NCBI GenBank assembly: GCA_002780175.1
Contig: PEVT01000048.1
Location: forward strand, 8,754-72,753
DNA: 64,000 bases
DNA from: Candidatus Moranbacteria bacterium CG06_land_8_20_14_3_00_40_12
GTDB lineage: Bacteria > Patescibacteriota > Minisyncoccia > Moranbacterales > UBA2206
Direction: 5' to 3'
In this document: positions 40,211 through 49,375 of the stretch, piece after piece
Layout: each line of letters begins with the position of its first letter
Position numbering within the stretch: position 1 is the first letter of the stretch
Translations under genes and position numbers: made by a program
Notes under the pieces: model-generated
Told to the model about the DNA's origin: nothing
Database searches by the model: none
What the model saw: the letters and a program-made list of their open reading frames with translations, nothing else

Positions 40211-41398
40211 ATGAAATTAAGCTTTAGAAAAATAGCCCTAATTTTTTTGATTGGTCTTTTCGGCTTTTTCAATTTTTTAAATTTTCCGGTTAAAGCGGCG
40301 GATGATTCTGACGAAATCAAGGAAAAGATAGAAAAATATGAGGATAAACTGGAAGATGTGACTAAGGAATTGCAGCAAAGCCAGGGATTATTGCAAAAAA
40401 CGACCAGGGAAGTTATGACAACCCGGAGCCTGATTGAAAAAACCAGTTCGGAAATAACCCGCAAGGAAGCCGAAGTTAAAAATTTAAATAATCGGATTGA
40501 ATTGAACAGAAAAATTTTAAGTGAATACGTGCGTCAAGTTTATTATAATGACGAGGAAAGTCTGCTGGTCCGGCTGGCTCTCGGAGAAGATAGTTTAGGG
40601 GGAATTTTAGGAAATTTAAACCAATCGCTGGGAATAAAAGACCGAATTTTAAATTTATTGGAAGAAACAAAAAAATCCAAAGAAGAATTAGAAAAAGTTA
40701 AAACTGAGCTGACAGGTAAAAAAGAAGAACATGAAGAGCTCTTGGTCATCAAAAAAAATGAACAAGCTGAAATTCAGCAAGATGTACGAGAAACACAGAT
40801 AACATTAGCAGAAATTCAACAGAAAATGTCAAAATTGAGAAGTACTCTGTCTGCTTTTTTAGGGAAATCATTTACTATAGATGATGTCGTTAAGGAGGTA
40901 ACATATGCCAGCGGAAAAACAGGAGTAAGAAAAGAATTTTTATTTGCCGTTCTTGATAAGGAAACAGATTTGGGAAGGTTTACTGGTGGATGTACTTATA
41001 AAAATAGTAAGATGGGCGCTACAAATGAAAAAATCTTTAAAGGTATTTGTGATGACTTAGGATATGATTATAAAAAGATGAAAGTTTCTTGTCCTTTGAG
41101 TTATGGGATTGGGGGGGCAATGGGCGTAGCGCAGTTTATGCCTTCAACATGGATAAATCCAAAATATGCACCCAGAATTGCTGCTATTACAGGAAATAAA
41201 CCAGCTAATCCGTGGAGTTTGAAAGACGGTATTTTGGGTATGGCTCTTTATTCAAAAGATAAGGGTGGAGATAAAAAAAGTGGTGAGCATACAGCCGCTG
41301 CCGCGTATCATTGCGGGAGTAATTTATCTCGAACGGTATGTCAAAATTATGCCAACTCGGTTATCAGTTGGTCAAAGGGGTATGATGATTATTTCTAG
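40211..41398 (+). CDS. Secreted coiled-coil protein with C-terminal lytic-transglycosylase (SLT)-like domain
   Basis: Signal peptide, then ~200 aa of coiled coil. The C-terminus carries GIGGAMGVAQFMPSTW, resembling the SLT 'QxMPxT' motif. Confidence 0.5.
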   Translation: MKLSFRKIALIFLIGLFGFFNFLNFPVKAADDSDEIKEKIEKYEDKLEDVTKELQQSQGLLQKTTREVMTTRSLIEKTSSEITRKEAEVKNLNNRIELNRKILSEYVRQVYYNDEESLLVRLALGEDSLGGILGNLNQSLGIKDRILNLLEETKKSKEELEKVKTELTGKKEEHEELLVIKKNEQAEIQQDVRETQITLAEIQQKMSKLRSTLSAFLGKSFTIDDVVKEVTYASGKTGVRKEFLFAVLDKETDLGRFTGGCTYKNSKMGATNEKIFKGICDDLGYDYKKMKVSCPLSYGIGGAMGVAQFMPSTWINPKYAPRIAAITGNKPANPWSLKDGILGMALYSKDKGGDKKSGEHTAAAAYHCGSNLSRTVCQNYANSVISWSKGYDDYF

Positions 41399-41558
41399 TT
41401 TTTAGCATAAAAATCCGTGTTAAATAAAAAATTCCTAGCTATTTCTGGGATTTTTTTGTTATTTTTCTTAGAAAGGAAAACAATCATTAAGCCTTGAAAA
41501 AAAACTGAAAGTGAAATATACTGTGATTACGTAAAGATTAGCTAAAATAACCTGAAAT

Positions 41559-42821
41559 ATGGAGACTTTCGAAATTCAAGGTGGAAAAAAACTTAAGGGT
41601 GAAATAGAGGTGCGGGGGTCAAAAAATGCCACTACACCGATTTTAGCCGCTACATTACTCACAAAAGAAAGATGCATTATTTCTAACATTCCTCTAATTG
41701 AGGATGTTTTTAAGATGTTGGAAATATTAAAAAGTATGGGCTCGGAAGTGAAATGGCTGGGTGAAAGAAAAATTTGTATTAAAAATGATAATATTTATCC
41801 AGATAAAATGGATGCGGAATTGATTAAAAAAATTCGTTCTTCCATTTTACTTTTTGGATCATTGAGTGCGCGTTTTGATAAATTCCAGATTCATCATCCA
41901 GGCGGATGCAAGATCGGCATTCGTCCCATGGATACACATTTTGACGCTTTAAGAAAAATGGGAGTAGAGGTCAAGCAAAATGAAAAAGCTTATGAAGTTT
42001 CAGCGAGCAAAAGAAAACCAGCAAAAATTGTTTTAAAAGAATTTTCTGTCACTGGTACGGAAAATGCTATGATGTTGGCGGCTAGTTTACCCGGTAAGAC
42101 TATTATAAAAATTGCCGCTTGTGAACCGCACGTAGAAGATTTGGGAAATTTCTTGATTTCTATGGGCGCTAAAATCGAAGGATTGGGGACGCATACTTTA
42201 GAAATAATTGGTTCCAGAAAATTGCAAGGAGTTAGGCACCAAATTATTCCAGATGCTAATGAAGCAGCCACATTTTTAATTATGGGCGTAGCCACGCAAA
42301 GCCCAATTAAAGTCAAAAATGCTAGAGAAGAACATCTGGATTTAGTATTGGAAAAATTAAGAGAATTCGGAGCGGATTTTAAAATAGAAAAAAATTGTAT
42401 AACTGTAATTCCAAATTCCCGATTGAAAGCTGTTAATAAAGTAGATGCCCGGACTTATCCCGGCGTTCCTACAGATGTTCAAGCGCCTTTTGGAGTTTTG
42501 GCGACGCAAGCTAAAGGGAAAACCCTAATTCACGATTCTTTGTATGAGGGGCGATTCAATTATATCAATGAAATAAATAAAATGGGGGCGCAAGCAAAGA
42601 TTCTCAATGTTCATCAGGCGTTGATTAGTGGGCCGACTAAATTAAGCGGTAAAAAGATAAATAGTTTCGACCTGCGTGCCGGAGCAGCGCTGATTATTGC
42701 GGCCTTGGTAGCCAAGGGGAAAACTGTCATTCAGGATATTTATCAAGTTGATAGAGGCTATGAGAGGATAGAAGAACGCTTGCAAAAATTGGGCGCGGAT
42801 ATAAAACGAGTATCGAGTTAA
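41559..42821 (+). CDS. murA: UDP-N-acetylglucosamine 1-carboxyvinyltransferase MurA
   Basis: EPSP-synthase fold. N-terminus FEIQGGKKLKGEIEVRGSKNATTPILAATLL is MurA-like. The active-site Cys region KIGIRPMD is present. Confidence 0.9.
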   Translation: METFEIQGGKKLKGEIEVRGSKNATTPILAATLLTKERCIISNIPLIEDVFKMLEILKSMGSEVKWLGERKICIKNDNIYPDKMDAELIKKIRSSILLFGSLSARFDKFQIHHPGGCKIGIRPMDTHFDALRKMGVEVKQNEKAYEVSASKRKPAKIVLKEFSVTGTENAMMLAASLPGKTIIKIAACEPHVEDLGNFLISMGAKIEGLGTHTLEIIGSRKLQGVRHQIIPDANEAATFLIMGVATQSPIKVKNAREEHLDLVLEKLREFGADFKIEKNCITVIPNSRLKAVNKVDARTYPGVPTDVQAPFGVLATQAKGKTLIHDSLYEGRFNYINEINKMGAQAKILNVHQALISGPTKLSGKKINSFDLRAGAALIIAALVAKGKTVIQDIYQVDRGYERIEERLQKLGADIKRVSS

Positions 42822-42875
42822 ACCGATGCGAAACTACAAAACATTTTTCGAATCTACGAACAAAACAAAAACAAA

Positions 42876-43274
42876 ATGTATACAAAAGGAATAGTTAAAA
42901 AAGATATAAAAATATTATATCCCGAACTGTCCTATAATTTAAATGGAATATTTTTTAAAATACACAAGGGATTGGGTCGATATTGTAGAGAAAAACAATA
43001 TGCAAATGCTTTTGAAAAAGAACTAATTAGTAAAAGTATAAAATATACGCGAGAGGAAAGAATTGTTAAGGGTGATAATTTTACAGGAAATATAACAGAT
43101 TTTATAATCGAAAATTGTGTAGTCGTTGAATTGAAAGCTAAAAAATTTGTGACTAAAAATGATTTTTATCAAGTGAAAAGATATTTAATAAGTTTAAATA
43201 AAAAACTAGGATTAATTGTGAATTTCAGGGACGACTTCATTAAAACAAAAAGAGTTTTAAATGATTGTTCGTAG
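42876..43274 (+). CDS. GxxExxY family protein (PD-(D/E)xK-like)
   Basis: Conserved GxxExxY-family layout (...CREKQYANAFEKEL...IVEN...VELKA). Confidence 0.55.
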   Translation: MYTKGIVKKDIKILYPELSYNLNGIFFKIHKGLGRYCREKQYANAFEKELISKSIKYTREERIVKGDNFTGNITDFIIENCVVVELKAKKFVTKNDFYQVKRYLISLNKKLGLIVNFRDDFIKTKRVLNDCS

Positions 43275-43312
43275 GTTCGTATTTTAATTCGTAGTTTCGA
43301 ATCGGATAATAT

Positions 43313-44320
43313 ATGTTTGTTCGCAAAATTGGAATTGATTTAGGCACGGCCAATACCCTGGTTTATGTCCCGAAAAAAGGCATCATGGTGAATGAACCCA
43401 GCGTGGTGGCTATTTCTTTGGTGGATAATAAAGTTTTAGCCATTGGCAATTATGCCAAAGAGATGTTGGGCCGCACGCCGGACACGATTATCGCCAGCCG
43501 TCCCATGAAAGACGGCGTGATTGCCGATTATCGGATCACGGAAGCCATGCTTAAATATTTTATCAATAAAGTCAGCGGAAAATTCCGGCTGGTCCGGCCG
43601 GAAGTTTTAATTTCCATTCCGGCCGGCGTGACTTCCACTGAAAGGCGGGCTGTGATTGACGCGGCTATGCGTTCCGGAGCCAAAGCGGCCTATGTGGTCA
43701 AAGAGCCGATTTTAGCGGCGATCGGCGCCGGCATCCCCATTAATTTTCCCACAGGCAATATGATAATTGATATCGGCGGTGGAACCTCGGAAGTGGCTGT
43801 CATCTCTCTGGGAGGCATTGTAGCGACGCACAGCGCCCGTGTAGGCGGTAATAAACTGGATCAAGCCATCGCGGACTATATAAAAAGAAAACACTGTCTG
43901 GCCATCGGAGACAAAACAGCCGAAGAAATTAAAATTCTGATCGGCTCGGCTTTGCCGCAGGCCAAAGATGAGCATATGGAAATACACGGCCGGGATCTTT
44001 CCGGCGGATTGCCTAAAACTATCAGAATCTTTTCCAATGAAATAACGGAAGCGATGCAAGACGAACTGCGGGAAATAATTTCGGCCATTAAAAAAGTTTT
44101 GCAGGAAACGCCGCCGGAACTGGCGGCGGACATTATGGATAAAGGCATGGTGCTTTCCGGCGGAGGAGCGCTGCTTAACCATCTGGACCAATTGATTGTC
44201 AAAACCATCGAGGTGCCTTGCTATGTGGCCGAAGAACCGCTGCTCTGCGTGATTAAAGGCATCGGAGTGGTGCTGGATAATCTGGATCAATACAAGCGGA
44301 CGATAATGCTAAGTAAATAA
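43313..44320 (+). CDS. mreB: Rod-shape-determining actin homolog MreB
   Basis: The phosphate-1 motif (IGIDLGTANTLVYV) and the DIGGGTSEVAVISLGG motif. Confidence 0.9.
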   Translation: MFVRKIGIDLGTANTLVYVPKKGIMVNEPSVVAISLVDNKVLAIGNYAKEMLGRTPDTIIASRPMKDGVIADYRITEAMLKYFINKVSGKFRLVRPEVLISIPAGVTSTERRAVIDAAMRSGAKAAYVVKEPILAAIGAGIPINFPTGNMIIDIGGGTSEVAVISLGGIVATHSARVGGNKLDQAIADYIKRKHCLAIGDKTAEEIKILIGSALPQAKDEHMEIHGRDLSGGLPKTIRIFSNEITEAMQDELREIISAIKKVLQETPPELAADIMDKGMVLSGGGALLNHLDQLIVKTIEVPCYVAEEPLLCVIKGIGVVLDNLDQYKRTIMLSK

Positions 44321-44440
44321 ATTTTAAATTTAAAATTCTAAATTTTAAATCAATTTTAAATTATCAAATGTTTAAATTATTTAAAAATTTATTCATTTAG
44401 ATTTCATTTAAAATTTTAAATTTAGAATTTAAAATTTCCA

Positions 44441-45631
44441 ATGATTATTGATCTTGACGGTTCGCGCGCTTTTTTACGGCAGCGGACCGGCATTGAAGAA
44501 TATTCTTATCAAGTTATTAAGCACCTGATTAATGAATTAAAAAACGATCAGGTTGTTTTGTATATACGTAAAAATCAGAATATTGATTTTAAACTGCCAA
44601 GCAATTGGAAAATTAAAATTATTAAGTGGCCTTATTTTTGGACTCAAATCGGACTTTCCCTGGAAATGCTTTTGCATCCGGCAGACGCGCTTTTTATTTC
44701 GGCCCATATTATTCCGTTAATTCATCCTAAAAAAACTCTTGTCACTATTCATGGCCTGGAATATGAATTTATTCCCCAAGCTTATTCTTTGTGGGAAAAA
44801 ATATATATGCGTTTCGCGATTAAAAAATCCTGCCGCCAGGCGCGAAAAATAATCGCGGTTTCGAAAAACACTAAGAGAGATTTGATGAAATTATACAAAG
44901 TGCCGGAGGAAAAAATCATTGTGATATATGAGGGTTATGTCATTGCGAGCAAAGCGAAGCAATCTAATAATAAAAATGAGATTGCCGCGGTCGTTCGTGG
45001 CGAACTCCCTCGCAATGACAATGTTGGGAAACATCTACTTTTTATTGGAAGACTCGAAGAACGTAAAAACATCATTGGAATCATCAAAGCTTTTGAAATC
45101 TTGAAAGAAAAATATAAAATTCCCCACAAATTGATTTTAGCGGGAAAACCTGGTTTTAACTATGAAAATATCCAGTCCTATCTGTCCAATTCGTCCTATA
45201 AGTCTGATATTATTCTAACCGGTTTTGTAAGCGAAGAAGAAAAACAAAAATTGTTAAAAAACGCGGAGGTTTTTCTTTTTCCCACATTTTATGAGGGCTT
45301 TGGTTTGCCAATTTTGGAAGCGCAAAATGCCGGCGTGCCGGTCGTAGCTTCCAATAATTCTTCCATTCCGGAAGTGGTAAAAATCCCCCCTAGCCCCCCT
45401 TTTGCAAAGGGGGAAAACAATTTTTCTCCCTTTTTAAAAAGGAGAGTTGGAGAGGGATTTTCCGCTCTGCTTGTTAATCCCAAAAATCCAACAGAGATCG
45501 CCGAAGCAACTTACAAACTTATCACTGATAAAAATCTTAAAGAAGATATGATAAAAAAAGGCTTGGAAAATACCAAGCGTTTCAGCTGGAAAAAATGCGC
45601 AAGTCAAATTGCTAAATTGTTAAAAGGCTAA
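44441..45631 (+). CDS. GT4-family glycosyltransferase carrying an in-frame ~85-bp palindromic insertion
   Basis: GT-B C-terminal domain with E-x7-E-like motifs (FLFPTFYEGFGLPILEAQNAGVPVVASN). The segment KIPPSPPFAKGENNFSPFLKRRVGEGFSA (nt 45379-45464) is a GC palindrome (CCCCCCTTTTGCAAAGGGGG; CTCCCTTTTTAAAAAGGAGAG) with no match in the GT4 fold. Confidence 0.75.
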   Translation: MIIDLDGSRAFLRQRTGIEEYSYQVIKHLINELKNDQVVLYIRKNQNIDFKLPSNWKIKIIKWPYFWTQIGLSLEMLLHPADALFISAHIIPLIHPKKTLVTIHGLEYEFIPQAYSLWEKIYMRFAIKKSCRQARKIIAVSKNTKRDLMKLYKVPEEKIIVIYEGYVIASKAKQSNNKNEIAAVVRGELPRNDNVGKHLLFIGRLEERKNIIGIIKAFEILKEKYKIPHKLILAGKPGFNYENIQSYLSNSSYKSDIILTGFVSEEEKQKLLKNAEVFLFPTFYEGFGLPILEAQNAGVPVVASNNSSIPEVVKIPPSPPFAKGENNFSPFLKRRVGEGFSALLVNPKNPTEIAEATYKLITDKNLKEDMIKKGLENTKRFSWKKCASQIAKLLKG

Positions 45632-45667
45632 ATGGCTATTTTTTGAAAATAAAAAACTAGAATTGAG

Positions 45668-45695
45668 ATGCGAGAGGTTGGGCATCCTCTCGCAT
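45668..45695. terminator. Bidirectional hairpin between convergent genes (ATGCGAGAGG-TTGGGCAT-CCTCTCGCAT)
   Basis: 10-bp perfect stem, seen directly. Confidence 0.6.
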
Positions 45696-45705
45696 GAAAA
45701 GAACT

Positions 45706-45921
45706 TTAGTCGTTTTCGTTTAGATCAAGTAAAAATTCAAGGGTAGCTTTCCTTTCAATCAGATGGATTGTTTCATCCAGAAGATCCATAGCCACTCGAA
45801 CATTATTTCTAATGAATGTTGCAAGATCAGAAGCTTCAGGATGTTGCTTGAAGATGTTTGCATCTGGCAATGTATCAAGACGTTCTAACGCTGTTCTAAG
45901 ATTTTTCAGATTAATATCCAT
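45706..45921 (-). CDS. Small hypothetical protein (71 aa), sole minus-strand gene in this stretch
   Basis: The ORF runs convergent to the upstream GT4 gene. A hairpin follows. No family recognised. Confidence 0.3.
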   Translation of the reverse strand: MDINLKNLRTALERLDTLPDANIFKQHPEASDLATFIRNNVRVAMDLLDETIHLIERKATLEFLLDLNEND

Positions 45922-46096
45922 AATATATCTCTCCTCCTTTTTTGCCCAATTCTAATTTTCTATTTTATTTTTAAAGACAAAAACAAATTTTGGCGATAAC
46001 TTTTTGGCTTATATAATAGATTGTGGTATGATTTTAATACAAGCGCGGTCTCTTATTAAGTGCATAATATCACGAAATTTAGAAAAAGCAATAAAA

Positions 46097-47302
46097 ATGA
46101 CGGAATTAAAAAAAGATTTAAAAATAGCCCTAGTTCACGATTTTCTGACGCAATACGGGGGAGCGGAGCGGGTCTTGGAAGTATTTTGCGAAATGTTTCC
46201 CAAAGCGCCGATTTATACCTTGCTTTATGATAAGGTTGCAATGCGCGGAAAATTTAAGGACAGAGAGATCCATACTTCTTTTTTACAAAAATTCCCCAAA
46301 TTTTTACGAAAAAAGAAAAAATGGCTCTTGCCTCTGATGCCGACCGCGCCGGAAACTTTCAATCTAAGGGATTTTGATTTGATTATTTCCAGCTGCGGAG
46401 TTTGGTCCAAAGCGATTATTACCCGATTAGATGTAAAACATATCTGTTATATGCACAGCCCAATGCGTTTTGCCTGGGAAGAGGGGGAGGAATATTTGCT
46501 GGAACAGAAAAGATCGGCGAAAACCAATTTTTTTGTCCGCCTGCTACTTAATTATTTACGCGTCTGGGACAGAGTTTCAGCTGACCGGCCGGATTATCTG
46601 ATTGCCAATTCGCGGTTTACCCGGGAAAGAATAAAAAAATATTATAACAGGGAGAGTGTTGTTATTTATCCGCCGGTAAATATGGAACATGAAACACGGA
46701 ACATAGAACAACAAAATCCCTTGGTTGCGCCAAGTCTGGCGAAGCCAGACAAATCTCAAACAATCCGCCAGCCGGCGGACAAAATTCAAAATTCAAAATT
46801 TTTTTTGGTTGTATCAAGGCTCTCTCCTTATAAAAAAATAGACGCGGCCGTAGAAGCTTTTAATAAATTAGAATTGCCGCTCATCGTAATCGGCGAAGGA
46901 TCGCAGGAAAAATATTTGCGTTCCATCGCTGGAAAAAATGTAAAAATTTTAGGTTGGCAACCGGAAGAAAAAATCAGGGAATATTACGCGGGTGCCAGAG
47001 CTTTTATCTTCGCGGGCGTGGATGATTTCGGGATGACGATGGTGGAAGCGTTGGCGCGGGGCGTTCCGGTGCTGGCGCTTAAAAAAGGCGGAGCTCTGGA
47101 AATCGTGGCAGAAGGGAAAACCGGCGAATTTTTTGTTTCCAACAAGCCGGAAATAATTGCCGAGTGCGTGAAGAGATTTATGGAAAAAGAAAAAGAATAC
47201 GACAAAAATCTTATAATAGAAAGCGCCAAAAAATTCAGTAAAGAGAGATTCGTTAGGGAATTTGAAGAATACATGGCAAAAATTTTAAATGACAAATTTT
47301 AA
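46097..47302 (+). CDS. GT4-family glycosyltransferase with in-frame palindromic insertion
   Basis: The start at 46097 (MTELKKDLKIALVHDFLTQYGGAERV) matches GT4 N-termini. C-terminal GT-B motifs are present (FIFAGVDDFGMTMVEALARGVPVLA). The segment LVAPSLAKPDKSQTIRQPADKIQNSKFF contains GTCTGGCGAAGCCAGAC (46734-46750). Confidence 0.75.
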   Translation: MTELKKDLKIALVHDFLTQYGGAERVLEVFCEMFPKAPIYTLLYDKVAMRGKFKDREIHTSFLQKFPKFLRKKKKWLLPLMPTAPETFNLRDFDLIISSCGVWSKAIITRLDVKHICYMHSPMRFAWEEGEEYLLEQKRSAKTNFFVRLLLNYLRVWDRVSADRPDYLIANSRFTRERIKKYYNRESVVIYPPVNMEHETRNIEQQNPLVAPSLAKPDKSQTIRQPADKIQNSKFFLVVSRLSPYKKIDAAVEAFNKLELPLIVIGEGSQEKYLRSIAGKNVKILGWQPEEKIREYYAGARAFIFAGVDDFGMTMVEALARGVPVLALKKGGALEIVAEGKTGEFFVSNKPEIIAECVKRFMEKEKEYDKNLIIESAKKFSKERFVREFEEYMAKILNDKF

Positions 47303-47422
47303 ATTTTAAATCAAATCCCTGCCTGCCGGCAGGCAGGTAAATGAATAAATTTTAAAACATTTAATCATTAAAAATTTATAATTCACTTAAAATTTAGAAT
47401 TTAAAATTGAAAATTATTTTCT

Positions 47423-48364
47423 ATGAATATCATCGGCCATAAAAAAATTATTGATTTATTAGATAAAGCTGTTGCTAAAAATAGCGTATCGCAGGCTTAT
47501 CTTTTTTCCGGTCCTTCCGGAGTCGGCAAGTTTCAAACGGCCAAGTATTTCGCGGAAAAAATTTTAGGATCCAGTCAGCAGCGGATCAGCGATGCCCTGG
47601 TAATTTTGGAAGCGGATAAGGAGAAAAATTCCGAAGAGCCGGTTGGGGAAGAAAAAAACGCCAAAGCGGATAAAACCAAAATGAAAAAAGGGGAAATAAA
47701 AATTGAGGAAATAAGAGAATTAAAAAGGAAGCTTTTTCTAAGTTCGGAAACAGGCCGGAAAGTCGCTATTATCCGCGGAGCGGAAAAATTAAATAAATCT
47801 TCCCAGAACGCTTTATTAAAAATTTTGGAAGAACCCAATGAAGGATTAACGATAATTTTAGTGGCGGATGACGAAAAAAAACTTTTTCCCACCATTATTT
47901 CCCGCTGCCAAAAAACCCGTTTTGGAATAGTGGCCGATGGGGAAATTAGCAAATTAGTTGATTCCCGGGGAAAAAATTTAAACCCCGAAATCAAGCAGGC
48001 TATACTTTTTTGGTCTATCGGCCGGCCGGGCTTGGCCTTGGAAATGCTGGAAAATCCGGAAAAACTGGAATTGAGAGTCTGTTCTTTTCGGGAGGCCCGG
48101 AATCTTTTTCAAAAAACCGTTTTGGAAAAGTTTGTCTTAGCGGAAAATTTAGCCAAAGATTTAAATGGCGCCTTGGCCAAAATGAATATCTGGGTGGTGG
48201 GAATAAGGGAGGCGTTGCTCAAAGGCGGATTAGAGGGAATTTCACAGGAAAAAAGCCTGGAAATACTGGAAAAAATAAGCGAGAGCCGGAAACTGCTTGG
48301 TCAAACTAATGCTAACGCCAAGCTAATCCTGGAAAATATGCTATTAGCTTTTTCGCGAAAATAA
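47423..48364 (+). CDS. holB: DNA polymerase III clamp-loader subunit delta' (HolB-like AAA+)
   Basis: Walker A-like GPSGVGKFQTAKYFAEKIL and the sensor region TIISRCQ. A low-complexity insert is present. Confidence 0.65.
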   Translation: MNIIGHKKIIDLLDKAVAKNSVSQAYLFSGPSGVGKFQTAKYFAEKILGSSQQRISDALVILEADKEKNSEEPVGEEKNAKADKTKMKKGEIKIEEIRELKRKLFLSSETGRKVAIIRGAEKLNKSSQNALLKILEEPNEGLTIILVADDEKKLFPTIISRCQKTRFGIVADGEISKLVDSRGKNLNPEIKQAILFWSIGRPGLALEMLENPEKLELRVCSFREARNLFQKTVLEKFVLAENLAKDLNGALAKMNIWVVGIREALLKGGLEGISQEKSLEILEKISESRKLLGQTNANAKLILENMLLAFSRK

Positions 48365-48378
48365 AAAGCCAAAAAAAA

Positions 48379-49269
48379 ATGACGAAGAAAGGTTTTTTAC
48401 CCAAAACCGGAAAAATCAGATACGCTCCGAAAAAAAAGATAAATTTCTCCAGGATTCTTTATCGTTTTTTTACCCTGTTTTTTTTGGGAGTAGCGGTCTA
48501 TATTTTTCTTTTTTCCGGATTTCTGAACATTTTGAGCCGGGAATTTTCACCGACGGAGAAAATCAGTTCGCAAAAGCTTTCCGACTGTTTGGATGAATTG
48601 CTGAAAGAAAAATATTTAAGTATCATTCCCAAAAATAATCTTCTCTTGCTTAAAGAAAGTTATGTGAATGATTTTTTCACCCGGAAATTCGGAATAGTGA
48701 AAAAAATAAAAATTATCAGGAAATTTCCTGATAAAATAAAGATTCTGGTGGAGGAAAGGAATCCGATTCTGATTTTAGAAAATTCTAAAGGGAGGTTTAT
48801 TTTAGATGACGAAAGCAATATTTATCCGGATGATTTTTTTGTTTCCAGCGGTTTTAACCAAACAGAACTGCCGATCTTGAAAGAAGAAAATTCGGAATTG
48901 GCTTTTTCTTTCGATAATCAGGCGGGCTTGAGTTATCTCCAATTCATTTTAAGAGTTAAAGAAAAACTGGAAAATCTTCTGGATATCCCGGTGGAAAAAG
49001 AGATGATCGCTCCTAAAATAATTTCCGGAGATGTTATTTTTAAAACGCAAGAAGGCTGGCAGCTGTATTTTAATAAAAGCGCAGCCATAGACAAGGAAAT
49101 AGAAACGCTCCGGATCGTGCTGGAAGAAAAAATCGGAAAGGAAAAACGCAAGGACTTGGAATATATCGATTTGCGGATCGATAACAAGATTTACTATAAA
49201 TTCAAAGATATTCAGGCAGAAAATCCTCCAGCTGAAAAATCTGAAGATAAAGACAAGAAGAAAAAATAA
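48379..49269 (+). CDS. FtsQ/DivIB-like cell-division protein (TM + POTRA)
   Basis: A single N-terminal TM helix, then a POTRA-like stretch (KKIKIIRKFPDKIKILVEERNPILIL). Confidence 0.5.
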   Translation: MTKKGFLPKTGKIRYAPKKKINFSRILYRFFTLFFLGVAVYIFLFSGFLNILSREFSPTEKISSQKLSDCLDELLKEKYLSIIPKNNLLLLKESYVNDFFTRKFGIVKKIKIIRKFPDKIKILVEERNPILILENSKGRFILDDESNIYPDDFFVSSGFNQTELPILKEENSELAFSFDNQAGLSYLQFILRVKEKLENLLDIPVEKEMIAPKIISGDVIFKTQEGWQLYFNKSAAIDKEIETLRIVLEEKIGKEKRKDLEYIDLRIDNKIYYKFKDIQAENPPAEKSEDKDKKKK

Positions 49270-49275
49270 AAAGCA

Positions 49276-49372
49276 ACTTTGCTGTTGTCATTCCCGTGAA
49301 AACGGGAATCCAGAAAACTAAACTAAAAATAATTTATTTGCTGGATTCCGGGTCAAGTCCGGAATGACAAGA
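49276..49372. repeat. MITE-like palindromic element with TTGTCATTCCCG...CCCGGAATGACAA termini
   Basis: Seen directly. It contains nested hairpins CCCGTGAAAACGGG and TCCGGGTCAAGTCCCGGA. Confidence 0.55.
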
Positions 49373-49375
49373 TGA